From Francisellaceae bacterium (GTDB lineage Bacteria > Pseudomonadota > Gammaproteobacteria > Francisellales > Francisellaceae): 64,000 nt of DNA. The position numbers were made by a program, and so were the translations under genes. Numbering within the stretch: the stretch's first letter is position 1; every line of letters begins with the position of its first letter. The DNA is taken from the NCBI GenBank assembly GCA_028355575.1, contig JAOMSY010000001.1, positions 13,542 to 77,541 of the forward strand, in the 5' to 3' direction. The notes beneath the pieces are model-generated. The model made no database searches and was not told the origin of the DNA. It worked only from the letters and a program-made list of their open reading frames with translations. Positions 40,088-49,803 of the stretch are shown in pieces.

Positions 40088-40245
40088 TTTGATAAAAAGT
40101 TATGATGCTCTATTTAAAAGCATATCCGTTGGAAAAGGATATGCCAGTTTTGTTATAAAAATTGCCAGATTTGCATTGAATTAGTCGGTATGTATCAAAA
40201 CCTTAGCTATAATTATGCAGATATTGACTAATTATTGGGTTATCT

Positions 40246-41679
40246 ATGGCTAAGAAAAAGTTATTTATATGTTTTATATGCTTTATTGCTGCATTTGGCG
40301 GGCTTTTATTTGGTATTGACCAAGGTTTTATGAATGGTTCATTAGAGCTTATTGAGAAAGATTTACATTTAACAGTGAATCAGAGTGCTAATTTTGCAGG
40401 GATTTTGTTATGGGGTTCTGTGATTGGTGCTGTTTTTAGTGGTTATGTTGCACGTGCTATTGGGCGCAAGAATACCTTGTTAGTCACTGCAGTGGTATTT
40501 ACGGTATTTTCTTTCATAAGTATGTTGACAGATAGCTATGGTTTATTGATTACGTATCGTTTTATCTTGGGATTATCGGTTGGCCTTGCATCTTTTTCAG
40601 TGCCTTTATATCTATCAGAAATTGCACCTACCAGCTTGCGTGGAGGATTTATCTCCATGTATCAAATGATGATTACAGTCGGTATTTTTGCGGTTTTTGT
40701 TACAAATTATTTTATTGGGCAAGCGACAAATGATTGGCGACCAATGTTTTTAGCGATTACGGTTCCTGCTTTTGTTATGTTTGTGGGTATTCTTTTTATT
40801 CCAAAATCTCCGCGTTGGTTGTTTTTGAAAAATAAAAAAGAAGATGCTAAGAAAGTATTACACAAAACACGCTTTACCCAGGATGAGGTGAATTTTGAGT
40901 TTGCTGAAATGGAAGAGGCCGTTTCCATGAATGATACGAAAGGTGGCTTTTTTGCAATGCTAAAAGAGTCATTTTTTATCAGAGTATTGATTCTAGGCAT
41001 GGTCATTCAAATGTTTCAGCAGTTAACAGGCATCAATTCAGTTATATATTATTCAACCTCAATCTTTATTGGTGCAGGTATTTCTAGCCCTGTGGTAGCA
41101 ACGATTATTGTTGGTCTGGTTAATATGTTAACAACAATATTGGCCGTACTTTTTGTTGATAAATTAGGACGCAAGCCTATTTTATATTTTGGTTACTCTG
41201 TTATGGCTTTAAGTTTATTTGTTTGTGCTTGGATATTCCATATTGAGGGGTTGGGTGTCGATTTAACCGGAACACAAAAGATGACGATTGTAATATCTAC
41301 GCTTGTATTTATATTTGCATTTGCGGTATCGGCTGGTCCAATTGCCTGGGTATTATGCGCTGAATTATTTCCACTGAAAGGTCGTGATTTAGGCATGACT
41401 ATTACCACGGCAACAAACTGGATTTTTGCAGCGTTAGTTGTAACTTTCTCGTTACCAATGATGAAGTTTGCTGATGGGTCACCTAACCCTGTTGGTGGTT
41501 CTCATTTATTTATATTCTTTGGTGTTTGTTGCATTGCTTTTATCTTTATATTGAAGTTCTTCATTCCCGAAACGAAAGGTGTTTCCTTAGAAGAAGTTGA
41601 AGAGAATTTGAAGAGTGGTAAGAAATTAAAGGACTTAGGGACAGTGCCAGAAGTATCAAATATTGCCCATAAGCGCTAA
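40246..41679 (+). CDS. MFS sugar porter (sugar:H+ symporter family)
   Basis: GRKNTLL, PKSPRWL, LVDKLGRKP and PETKG signature motifs, 12 TM layout. Confidence 0.9.
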   Translation: MAKKKLFICFICFIAAFGGLLFGIDQGFMNGSLELIEKDLHLTVNQSANFAGILLWGSVIGAVFSGYVARAIGRKNTLLVTAVVFTVFSFISMLTDSYGLLITYRFILGLSVGLASFSVPLYLSEIAPTSLRGGFISMYQMMITVGIFAVFVTNYFIGQATNDWRPMFLAITVPAFVMFVGILFIPKSPRWLFLKNKKEDAKKVLHKTRFTQDEVNFEFAEMEEAVSMNDTKGGFFAMLKESFFIRVLILGMVIQMFQQLTGINSVIYYSTSIFIGAGISSPVVATIIVGLVNMLTTILAVLFVDKLGRKPILYFGYSVMALSLFVCAWIFHIEGLGVDLTGTQKMTIVISTLVFIFAFAVSAGPIAWVLCAELFPLKGRDLGMTITTATNWIFAALVVTFSLPMMKFADGSPNPVGGSHLFIFFGVCCIAFIFILKFFIPETKGVSLEEVEENLKSGKKLKDLGTVPEVSNIAHKR

Positions 41680-42086
41680 GACTTAAACGTTTCAAACCAC
41701 CACGCGGCTATGATTCCCCAAATGGCATTCAATATTAAAATATTTAGAGGCATTAGGTAGCCAGCATCAACTCCAAAATACCCAATGCCTGATTTTGGTG
41801 CAAAGTATAAAAATGTTACAATACTTGGGGCTAAACTAAAAATAATTCCTCTTAAAAACCATTTGCTTTTTGATAATGGCAATAGTAATAAAAATGCCCA
41901 GATACCACCCCAAGCCACCATTTTATATATCTTTAATACTAAGGCTTCTCCAGACAGGTTTGGCAAGTTAATACTAAGCGAATTAGCCAAGCCATATTTA
42001 ACTTCAAGCCACATTAATAGTGTAATAATTAACGCACCTAATGCACCTGCTGTAAAAGCAATTGATAGTTCTTTAAGTGATATCAT
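41676..42086 (-). CDS. small integral membrane protein, unknown function
   Basis: 136 aa with about four hydrophobic segments. Preferred over the overlapping plus-strand ORF 41785-42129, which has a low-complexity translation. Confidence 0.5.
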   Translation of the reverse strand: MISLKELSIAFTAGALGALIITLLMWLEVKYGLANSLSINLPNLSGEALVLKIYKMVAWGGIWAFLLLLPLSKSKWFLRGIIFSLAPSIVTFLYFAPKSGIGYFGVDAGYLMPLNILILNAIWGIIAAWWFETFKS

Positions 42087-42125
42087 TCATTTAACTCCTT
42101 TATATTTGAAAAAATTTATTAGACT

Positions 42126-42524
42126 TTAATCCCAACCAATAACACGATAACCTTCATTTGCTAAGCATTGATCAACATAGTTTTGCTTTAATTGATCAGG
42201 TGACATTGCACCAACTGCAGCACCTGATGCGGCCCCAGCTGCGGCACCGATCCCTACACCAATCCAATTGCCCGTGAATATACCCCAGACGACACCCCAA
42301 ATCGCGCCTAATATTGAACCTTCCGCCGCACCCTTGAGTATTTTTTTGGCCTCAGGAGACTTTAGATACTCGTCGGCTTCATTTTCACATTGTTTTATAT
42401 CACTGTCAGCTTGTTCTTTGCCAACCTCTTTATAGTGATGATTCGGGTATAAAACAGGGGTTGATGAACAGCTAATTATCAAAAATGCGGTAAAAACAAT
42501 ACACAATATTTTAAAATGGTTCAT
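42126..42524 (-). CDS. lipoprotein with a glycine-zipper segment
   Basis: Signal peptide with lipobox (LIISC). GAIWGVVWGIFTGNWIGVGIGAAAGAASGAAVG glycine-zipper stretch. Confidence 0.6.
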   Translation of the reverse strand: MNHFKILCIVFTAFLIISCSSTPVLYPNHHYKEVGKEQADSDIKQCENEADEYLKSPEAKKILKGAAEGSILGAIWGVVWGIFTGNWIGVGIGAAAGAASGAAVGAMSPDQLKQNYVDQCLANEGYRVIGWD

Positions 42525-42589
42525 AAATGGAATTCATTATGGGGTTTGATAAAAGTATAGGTGACAAAATTTGAGAAGCGAATTTTAGG

Positions 42590-43681
42590 TTATTTCGTTA
42601 GTATATTTAATACTCTTCTTAATGGTTCAGCAGCACCCCATAGAAGTTGGTCGCCGACAGTAAATAAGTTGATATGATAAGGGGATATATTTGTTTTCTT
42701 CACCCGACCAACAGCAATATCAAGCGAACCTGATGTTGAGATTGGCGTAAGGTCTTTAAAAGTTGCATCTTTGTTGTTTTCAACTAATTTCACCCATTTA
42801 TTACCATTCTTTATTAAGCTGTTTATTTCATCAAGTGGTATGTCTTCTTTTAATTTAATGGTTAGCGCTTGGCTATGAGAGCGTAAAGAGGAAACACGCA
42901 CACAAATACCGTCTACAGGAATGTTATTTTTAGACTGGAGTATTTTATTCATTTCAGCACAAGCTTTCCATTCTTCTCTGGTTTGTCCATTCTCTACAGC
43001 GGAATCAATCCAGGGTAATAGATTAAGTGCGAGTGAGTTATTGATGACATGTTTTGGGAAGTCATCAGATTGAATTTTTTGACGTAATTGTTGCTCTAAT
43101 TCAATAATGTTGTTTGATTGAATATTTTGAGTTAAGTAGCCCATTTGTGCTAACAGTTCTTGCATTGCTTTAGCCCCAGCACCAGATATTGCTTGGTAGG
43201 TCATGGAACTTACCCATTCGACCAAGTTGGCATTTAATAGGCCTGAAATGGCCAGCATCATCAGGCTGACTGTACAGTTACCACCAATGAAATTCTTAAT
43301 ACCATTCTGAATCGCTGAGTCGATCTGGGTTCTATTCAATGGGTCAAGCACAATAATACTGTTGTCATCCATTCTTAAGGCTGAGGCCGCATCTATCCAA
43401 AAACCATCCCATCCTTTTTGACGTAATGGTGAAAGTACTTTTTTGGTATAATCGCTACCTTGGCAAGTGAGAATAATATCCATTTTAGATAATGCATTAA
43501 GATCATGTGCGTCTACTAGAACAGGTAGGTTAATACCAATCGAAGGTGCTGCTTCTCCAGCCTGAGAGGTGGTAAAGAAGGTTGGGTCAATATTCTTGTC
43601 AAAATCATTTTCAGCCAACATTCTGTCTATAAGAACTGAGCCTACCATTCCGCGCCAACCGACAAATCCAACTTTATGCAT
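42590..43681 (-). CDS. asd: aspartate-semialdehyde dehydrogenase
   Basis: VGFVGWRGMVGSVL, GGNCTVSLM active-site Cys, GDQLLWGAAEPLRR C-terminus. Confidence 0.92.
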   Translation of the reverse strand: MHKVGFVGWRGMVGSVLIDRMLAENDFDKNIDPTFFTTSQAGEAAPSIGINLPVLVDAHDLNALSKMDIILTCQGSDYTKKVLSPLRQKGWDGFWIDAASALRMDDNSIIVLDPLNRTQIDSAIQNGIKNFIGGNCTVSLMMLAISGLLNANLVEWVSSMTYQAISGAGAKAMQELLAQMGYLTQNIQSNNIIELEQQLRQKIQSDDFPKHVINNSLALNLLPWIDSAVENGQTREEWKACAEMNKILQSKNNIPVDGICVRVSSLRSHSQALTIKLKEDIPLDEINSLIKNGNKWVKLVENNKDATFKDLTPISTSGSLDIAVGRVKKTNISPYHINLFTVGDQLLWGAAEPLRRVLNILTK

Positions 43682-43803
43682 TGCTATTTCCTATACTTTT
43701 CTCATTTACGTTACAGTTTTAATCCATCTATTATTTAAGTCAACTCAAAAGTACGACAGAGACAAAAAATCTGTGTGATAAGTCCAGACAATTGCAATAC
43801 AGT

Positions 43804-43812
43804 TGGTATAAT
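43804..43812 (+). promoter_or_regulatory. extended -10 promoter element (TGgTATAAT) for the aspartate kinase-thrBC transcription unit
   Basis: TGGTATAAT sits 37 nt upstream of the ATG at 43849. No convincing -35 was found at 17-bp spacing. Confidence 0.35.
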
Positions 43813-43848
43813 CAAGCAAATAATAGAATATCCTCATGTGAGAATTAA

Positions 43849-45222
43849 ATGCGTTATATCGTTCATAAATTTGGTGGATCAAGTTTAGCTGATGCAAAAA
43901 AAGTTAATAATATTGTTAATATTGTCTCTGGCAAAAACGAGGTTGTGGTTGTTTCGGCAACGGGCAAGACAACTAGTAAGTTAAAACAATCTTTGTCATT
44001 AGCAAAATCTAACAAAGATTACACTTCAATATTACAAGACATATTAGAATCTCATTTTAAGATTATTGATACATTTTCGCATTGCCAAAATCAATCCTTG
44101 AAAAATGAGATTGCTGCCGACATTAAAGATATTTCACGTATTTTGACCACAATCGTACTGACAAAGACGTATGCTGATAGCCTTAAGAACTTTGTCTTAG
44201 GCTATGGTGAGCTTTGGTCAGCCAAAATATTAACGCATTGTTTGCAATGTGCTGGTGTGGATGCAGGATTTGTTGATGCCTCTAAAGTATTGCATGTGGA
44301 TGATACAAATTTCCCCGTTTCTGTTAACTGGTCAAAAAGCCAAACTATGCTTCATGAACATATGCTAGAACATAAGCATGATGTCTATGTGATCACTGGA
44401 TTTATCGCGCAAAACCTAGAAGGTCATAGAACCATTCTGGGTATGAACTGTAGTGATTATTCGGCTTCAATCTTTGCCAAATTAACGGATGCATCTGAAT
44501 TAAATATCTGGACGGATGTCGCAGGTATATATAGTGCAAATCCTCAGGCAGTGCCTAATGCGCAAAGCTTAGATTCATTATCATATAAGGAAGCATTAGA
44601 ATTAGCTTACTTTGGTGCCTCTGTGGTTCATCCATTAACGATTAGTCCGATGATGGAAATGGGTACACCGATTTACATTAAAAGTAGTTTTGATCCTCAG
44701 GCTAAAGGGACGGTTATTCGTGATGAAAAAGACTTAGAATCCTCATCCTTAGCGAAAGGTGTTAGTAGTATTACAAATGTCGCGATGTTGCGTGTTCAAG
44801 GTGCTGGAATGATAGGTGTCTCTGGTATTTCGGCTCGAGTTTTTAATACACTTGACCGTGCGAAAATATCAGTATTAATGATTTCTCAAGCGAGTTCTGA
44901 ATATTCTATTTGTTTTGCGATACCAATTCCTGAGTCGAATAAAGCGGTAAAGGTTCTGGAAAAAGAATTTATGAATGACATTAAAAGTGGCAACATTGAG
45001 CATGTTCGCTGTGAAAAACCCTATGCGCTTGTTACTGCAGTGGGTGATGGTATGATTTCCCATCCCGGCTCACTCGCAAAAATGATTAATGCGCTTGCGG
45101 AGGCAAATATTAATATTCACGCGATTGCGCAAGGTTCTTCTGAACGGAGTATTACCGTTACCATAAAAGAGGAAAAAGAAGAATTGGCATTAAGTGCTGT
45201 TCATAATGCATATTATGCTTAA
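43849..45222 (+). CDS. aspartate kinase, ThrA-like kinase plus ACT domains only (no homoserine dehydrogenase domain)
   Basis: HKFGGSSLAD, GMNCSDYSASIFA, IWTDVAGIYSANP, LAYFGASVVHP. 457 aa, and the stop lies 13 nt before the thrB start codon. Confidence 0.9.
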   Translation: MRYIVHKFGGSSLADAKKVNNIVNIVSGKNEVVVVSATGKTTSKLKQSLSLAKSNKDYTSILQDILESHFKIIDTFSHCQNQSLKNEIAADIKDISRILTTIVLTKTYADSLKNFVLGYGELWSAKILTHCLQCAGVDAGFVDASKVLHVDDTNFPVSVNWSKSQTMLHEHMLEHKHDVYVITGFIAQNLEGHRTILGMNCSDYSASIFAKLTDASELNIWTDVAGIYSANPQAVPNAQSLDSLSYKEALELAYFGASVVHPLTISPMMEMGTPIYIKSSFDPQAKGTVIRDEKDLESSSLAKGVSSITNVAMLRVQGAGMIGVSGISARVFNTLDRAKISVLMISQASSEYSICFAIPIPESNKAVKVLEKEFMNDIKSGNIEHVRCEKPYALVTAVGDGMISHPGSLAKMINALAEANINIHAIAQGSSERSITVTIKEEKEELALSAVHNAYYA

Positions 45223-45237
45223 CATCTAAGGATATTA

Positions 45238-46224
45238 ATGAGCAAGATTATAATAAATTCTGATATCTATTCCGTTGAAGCCTATGCGCCTGCTACGAGT
45301 GCAAATTTTGCAGTTGGTTACGACTTGATTGGATTTGCAATTGAAGGTGCAGGTGATGTTGTTAAGCTAGTTAAGCGTGATGATGATACAATTTTAATCC
45401 ATGAAATTGACGGTGTAGAAGGTGCTGAAAGGCTCCCCTATGATGACCGGAATGTATGCGTTGCCATTATAAAAAAATTCTTAGCTGATTATCAGCTGAC
45501 TGCAGGGTTTGATATTTATATAAATAAAGGTATTTCATTAAGCTCAGGGATGGGTGGTTCAGCGGCTTCTGCCGTTGCTGCCATTACCGCATTAAATGGT
45601 TTCTTTAAAAAGCCATTGCCTTTATCTGCGCTAGCAGATTATACAATTTATGCTGAAAGTTTAATTTCTGGTGGTGTTTATCATGGTGATAATGCCATTC
45701 CATCTCTATACGGTGGTTTAGTCTTAATCCAAAACTCTAAACCGTGTGAAATGGTTTCTTTGCCAACTGTTGATGTAAAAATAGTGATTGTTCATCCGCA
45801 TATAGAAGTTGAAACAAAAGAAGCAAAAAAATTAATGCAAGTGCCATTTAATATCTCTGAAATCGTAGAACAATCAGGTAATTTGGCTGCGTTTATTTGT
45901 GCTCTATATCGAAATGATATTGATTTATTAGCACATAGTTTGCATGACGTCTTAGCTGAACCAAGACGCTCAAAATTAATTATTGGCTTTGACCATGTTA
46001 AACAGGCGGCAATGGATAATGGTGCAATTGCAAGTTCAATATCAGGTTCAGGGCCATCCATGTTTGCGGTAGCCAGAGATGATAAAACTGCGAATAAAAT
46101 TGCAAAATCAATGGTTGCAGAATTTACACGTCATGGTCTTTATTCAGAGTATTGGATATCTCCTTTGAATGCACCTGGTGCTGTTATTAAAAATATCGAA
46201 ACAAAATCGAATTTATCTGCATAG
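45238..46224 (+). CDS. thrB: homoserine kinase (GHMP kinase family)
   Basis: YAPATSANFAVGYD N-terminus, GHMP motif LSSGMGGSAASAVA, GSGPSMFA. Located between the aspartate kinase gene and thrC. Confidence 0.85.
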   Translation: MSKIIINSDIYSVEAYAPATSANFAVGYDLIGFAIEGAGDVVKLVKRDDDTILIHEIDGVEGAERLPYDDRNVCVAIIKKFLADYQLTAGFDIYINKGISLSSGMGGSAASAVAAITALNGFFKKPLPLSALADYTIYAESLISGGVYHGDNAIPSLYGGLVLIQNSKPCEMVSLPTVDVKIVIVHPHIEVETKEAKKLMQVPFNISEIVEQSGNLAAFICALYRNDIDLLAHSLHDVLAEPRRSKLIIGFDHVKQAAMDNGAIASSISGSGPSMFAVARDDKTANKIAKSMVAEFTRHGLYSEYWISPLNAPGAVIKNIETKSNLSA

Positions 46225-46397
46225 ATCATTAAGGGGATCTTTAAATAATTTAGGAATACCCATCTTAAGCTTTTAAATTTACCAGAGATTAGTTGCAAAT
46301 TTTGCTAATAGAATATGCAATTAACTGCAATATGCCCCTTATTATGATAAATTTGAATTATTAATCTGATGCATCCAGAATTATTAGAGGCGCCCAT

Positions 46398-47684
46398 ATG
46401 AAATATAAAAGTACGCGTGGAAAACAAACACCTGTTTCTTTAAGCTTTGCCATGAAAACTGGTTTAGCTGGTGATGGTGGCTTATACATTCCTGAACAGT
46501 TTCCAACTATTGACTGGAAGTCATTATCAAAAGATATGGCGTATCCAGAATTTGCACAAGTCATGCTTACGCCATTTTTTGAAGGGGATGAATTAGCAAA
46601 CAAATTGAATCATATTTGTCAAAATGCATTTAGCTTTCCTGTTCCGGTAAAACAATTAGACGAAAATACTGCCATCTTGGAATTGTTTCATGGTCCAACG
46701 CTATCCTTTAAAGACTTTGGTGCTAGATTTTTGGCAAATTCTCTCAGCCAAGTAAAGACAGATAAAGTGATTACGATTATTGTTGCGACCTCGGGTGATA
46801 CAGGTTCTGCAGTTGCCGCTGCATTCCATAATCAACCTAATATACGTGTCGTGGTAATGTTTCCAGATGGTAAGATTTCTAAACGACAAGAAAAACAGAT
46901 CACTTGTTGGGGCGATAACGTACTTGCAATCTCTGTAGAAGGCGTATTCGATGACTGTCAGAAATTGGTTAAAGAAGCCTTTACAAAAAGCTGGTGGACC
47001 GAGCGCACACATTTGAATACTTCGAATAGTATTAACATTGGGCGATTATTGCCGCAAATGACCTATTATGCCTATACAAGTTGGCAGCACTATCTTAAGC
47101 ATGGTGAGTCAGCAAATTATATTGTCCCAACTGGGAATATTGGTAATGTCTGTGCCGCATTTTGGGCGAAAAAAATTGGTTTCCCAATCGGCGATATCGT
47201 ATTAAGTCAAAATGCAAATAATACGGTTGGGGAGTATCTGGCAAAAGGGGAATATAATCCGAAAGATAGCATTGAGACATTAGCCAATGCGATGGATGTC
47301 GGTAAGCCTAGTAATATAGAACGGCTGTTTAATATGTTCCCTGAATTTAAAGTATTTAAAGAAAATATTCGTGCATTTACCGTTTCTGATGAACAGATTT
47401 CTGAGACGATTAAGTCTGTTTATGAGCAGTATAACGAAGAAATTTGCCCGCATACTGCAACAGCCTTTTATGCCCGACAACAGTTAGATGATAATAAAAA
47501 ATATATTTGTGTTGCAACGGCACATCCGGCTAAGTTTGAATCGGTTATCGAGCCAATTTTAGCTAAAGAGATTCCACCCACGGAACAGCTTCAGGAGTTG
47601 CTTGATAGAGCGCAATACAAAGTTGAAATTAAAGCGGATATGGAATCGTTATGTGATACTTACGCCCAGTATTTTAAAAATTAA
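46398..47684 (+). CDS. thrC: threonine synthase
   Basis: MKYKSTRG start, PLP-lysine motif HGPTLSFKDFGARF, TSGDTGSAV. Confidence 0.93.
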   Translation: MKYKSTRGKQTPVSLSFAMKTGLAGDGGLYIPEQFPTIDWKSLSKDMAYPEFAQVMLTPFFEGDELANKLNHICQNAFSFPVPVKQLDENTAILELFHGPTLSFKDFGARFLANSLSQVKTDKVITIIVATSGDTGSAVAAAFHNQPNIRVVVMFPDGKISKRQEKQITCWGDNVLAISVEGVFDDCQKLVKEAFTKSWWTERTHLNTSNSINIGRLLPQMTYYAYTSWQHYLKHGESANYIVPTGNIGNVCAAFWAKKIGFPIGDIVLSQNANNTVGEYLAKGEYNPKDSIETLANAMDVGKPSNIERLFNMFPEFKVFKENIRAFTVSDEQISETIKSVYEQYNEEICPHTATAFYARQQLDDNKKYICVATAHPAKFESVIEPILAKEIPPTEQLQELLDRAQYKVEIKADMESLCDTYAQYFKN

Positions 47685-47705
47685 TTTGATGTTGGCTTAG
47701 ATTAA

Positions 47706-48239
47706 ATGATTAACTGTGAACATGTCTATACGGGCGATATCCTACGTCAAAAAACAACCGATGTGATGAATGTATTTTCTGATGAAGTTAAATCAACGAT
47801 TAGCTTACTGATAGAAAAAGGTAACCTAGGGCTAAATGGTCAAAAAGCAATTGGTGTTGCTGCGCCACAAATAGGTATCTCTAATAGAATATTTATTTAT
47901 AGATTACCTATTATCCAAGATGGTGAAGAGGCTGATTATAATGTCCCTTGGTCTACTGTTATTAATCCATCCTATCAACCAGCTGATAATACAACGGTTC
48001 AGTTGATGAAAGAAGGATGTCTGTCTGTCCCTTATTTTTATAGTGAGAATGTGCCAAGGTATGAATCAATTGAGTATAGCTACATTGATGAAAATGGGGT
48101 GTTTTACCAAGGCGTTGCTTCAGGGATGTTTGCGCATGTATTTCAGCATGAGACGGATCATTTAGATGGTAAGTTATATATTGACTTATTAGAAAATATC
48201 GGTGACTTAAAAATATCAGATGGCACGCCAATTCGTTAG
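47706..48239 (+). CDS. def: peptide deformylase (divergent paralog type)
   Basis: All three motifs are present: IGVAAPQIG, EGCLSVP and QHETDHLDG. Confidence 0.85.
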   Translation: MINCEHVYTGDILRQKTTDVMNVFSDEVKSTISLLIEKGNLGLNGQKAIGVAAPQIGISNRIFIYRLPIIQDGEEADYNVPWSTVINPSYQPADNTTVQLMKEGCLSVPYFYSENVPRYESIEYSYIDENGVFYQGVASGMFAHVFQHETDHLDGKLYIDLLENIGDLKISDGTPIR

Positions 48240-48441
48240 TTTTATTGCATTTTAAATTTACTTTTATATACTTTTCTTTTCACTTTTCCCATTAAAAAAG
48301 CACATATAAAAAAAACTGTAATTTCCTAAAATATTTTCTAGGATTTTTAAAACTTATATCTATAATTGCATTTGAAATCAGATTGGAGGAATAGGAGTTT
48401 TAAATGTCCCATCAGTTAAATGAAATTGGCAAGGTGTTTTA

Positions 48442-48867
48442 ATGTATACGGATAAGAATGTTTCAACATGGTATGGAAAATTAAGCACAAAGAATAAAGA
48501 TATTATTGTTATATATGACAATCGAGTTATTGCTTCAAAAGGTCGAGTTAGTTTTTACCATACTGGTCGTAAAGAAATTGTTGAGTTTGTAGAAGATATT
48601 GTTAAGAAAAATTTACATGACTTATCAGATGAAGAATTAAAAGAAGCCGAAAAAGAATATAAAAAAGAATGGAATGCTGCGTTTACAGAGTATAAAAAAC
48701 AACATCCCGCTTTATTCCCAACAAAAAAATCTACTGCACCTGCTCCAGAGACCAATACATTTGATGATGTTGAAATTGAGGAAGATGATGAGGAAGATCC
48801 TGATATGATTAATATCGATGACTTAGAGTCTGAGGATGATTTCGACGAAGAAGAGGAAGAAGATTAG
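48442..48867 (+). CDS. hypothetical protein with an extremely acidic C-terminal tail
   Basis: 141 aa. The last ~40 residues are almost entirely D/E (DDVEIEEDDEEDPDMINIDDLESEDDFDEEEEED). No signal peptide. Confidence 0.55.
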   Translation: MYTDKNVSTWYGKLSTKNKDIIVIYDNRVIASKGRVSFYHTGRKEIVEFVEDIVKKNLHDLSDEELKEAEKEYKKEWNAAFTEYKKQHPALFPTKKSTAPAPETNTFDDVEIEEDDEEDPDMINIDDLESEDDFDEEEEED

Positions 48868-48979
48868 TTTATCTTTTTTGTTCATAAATACATTTCAATA
48901 CACTTGATTTTTTTGCAGTAAGCTCTCATATTATTTTCATAGGATTTTGTTAAAATCAAAAATGAACCTAGGAGGTAAT

Positions 48980-49711
48980 ATGAAGAAAATATTTTTGGCT
49001 TCCGCTCTATTTGCGGCAACAACTTCACTTTTTGCAGCGACAGTTACTTTATATGATCAACCAGAGTCTGGCTCAAAGTCAATCGGTCAAGTCGATTCCT
49101 CTCAAGTTAAACCTTTTTACAAGAAAGGTGAATGGCTGAAAGTAGGTGACCAGGCCAATGGACAAGTTGGTTGGATAAAGTCAGCGAAATTGCAAGCGGC
49201 TAAAAATAAATCGACAAAAGAAGAACTGGCTAGTATTCAACAAGCCCAAAAAGAAGCTGAACAAGCTAAGAGTCAATTCGAGCAACAATATCAGCAAACG
49301 GTGCAACAACTTAACCAAAGGCAAGAATCTTTATTGCAAAAGCTTAATAGACAGCAAAATCTTTCTCAACCAAGCAGCAGCATACAGTCATCCCTGAAAC
49401 AGACCTCTGTAAGCTATGCTGGAAATGGGCAAGATGGAAAGGTAAAAGTAACTGAGCAATGGACAAACAAAGATGGTAAGTTAGAAACTAAAACTTACGA
49501 GATGCCAGTAGCTCAATATAATAAACAACAAGCCAATGCTCAATCAAATTCTGCATATCAGCAAATGCAGCAGCGTCACCAGCAGATGGAGGCTTATATG
49601 AACCAGATGATGCAGCAAATGCAACAGCAGTTTGGATCATCCGCAATGCCTGTTCAAAACAATACCCTGAGTACAGGTAATCCTGTTATATCATCAAAAA
49701 GTGAGAGCTAA
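48980..49711 (+). CDS. secreted protein with an N-terminal bacterial SH3-like domain and a Q/M-rich low-complexity C-terminal half
   Basis: GGAGG RBS at 48971-48975. Signal peptide MKKIFLASALFAATTSLFA. GEWLKVGDQANGQVGWIK is an SH3_3-like pattern. Confidence 0.65.
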   Translation: MKKIFLASALFAATTSLFAATVTLYDQPESGSKSIGQVDSSQVKPFYKKGEWLKVGDQANGQVGWIKSAKLQAAKNKSTKEELASIQQAQKEAEQAKSQFEQQYQQTVQQLNQRQESLLQKLNRQQNLSQPSSSIQSSLKQTSVSYAGNGQDGKVKVTEQWTNKDGKLETKTYEMPVAQYNKQQANAQSNSAYQQMQQRHQQMEAYMNQMMQQMQQQFGSSAMPVQNNTLSTGNPVISSKSES

Positions 49712-49803
49712 TTTACATTCTAAATTATCATTAGCCTGTATTATGTTTTAATGACTTATATGCTAAGTTTTAGTTAATGCAATTTCTTTCAAGTTGAGCC
49801 AGT

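Noticed and set aside
41785-42129. Plus-strand 114 aa ORF opposite the small membrane-protein gene
   Set aside because: The translation is Lys/Asn-rich, typical of the antisense of an AT-rich hydrophobic gene. The minus-strand frame gives coherent TM helices.
43682-43848. thr-operon leader peptide / attenuator
   Set aside because: No small ORF with runs of Thr/Ile codons and no alternative hairpins with a U-tract were found in the 167-nt region. Only an extended -10 element was seen.
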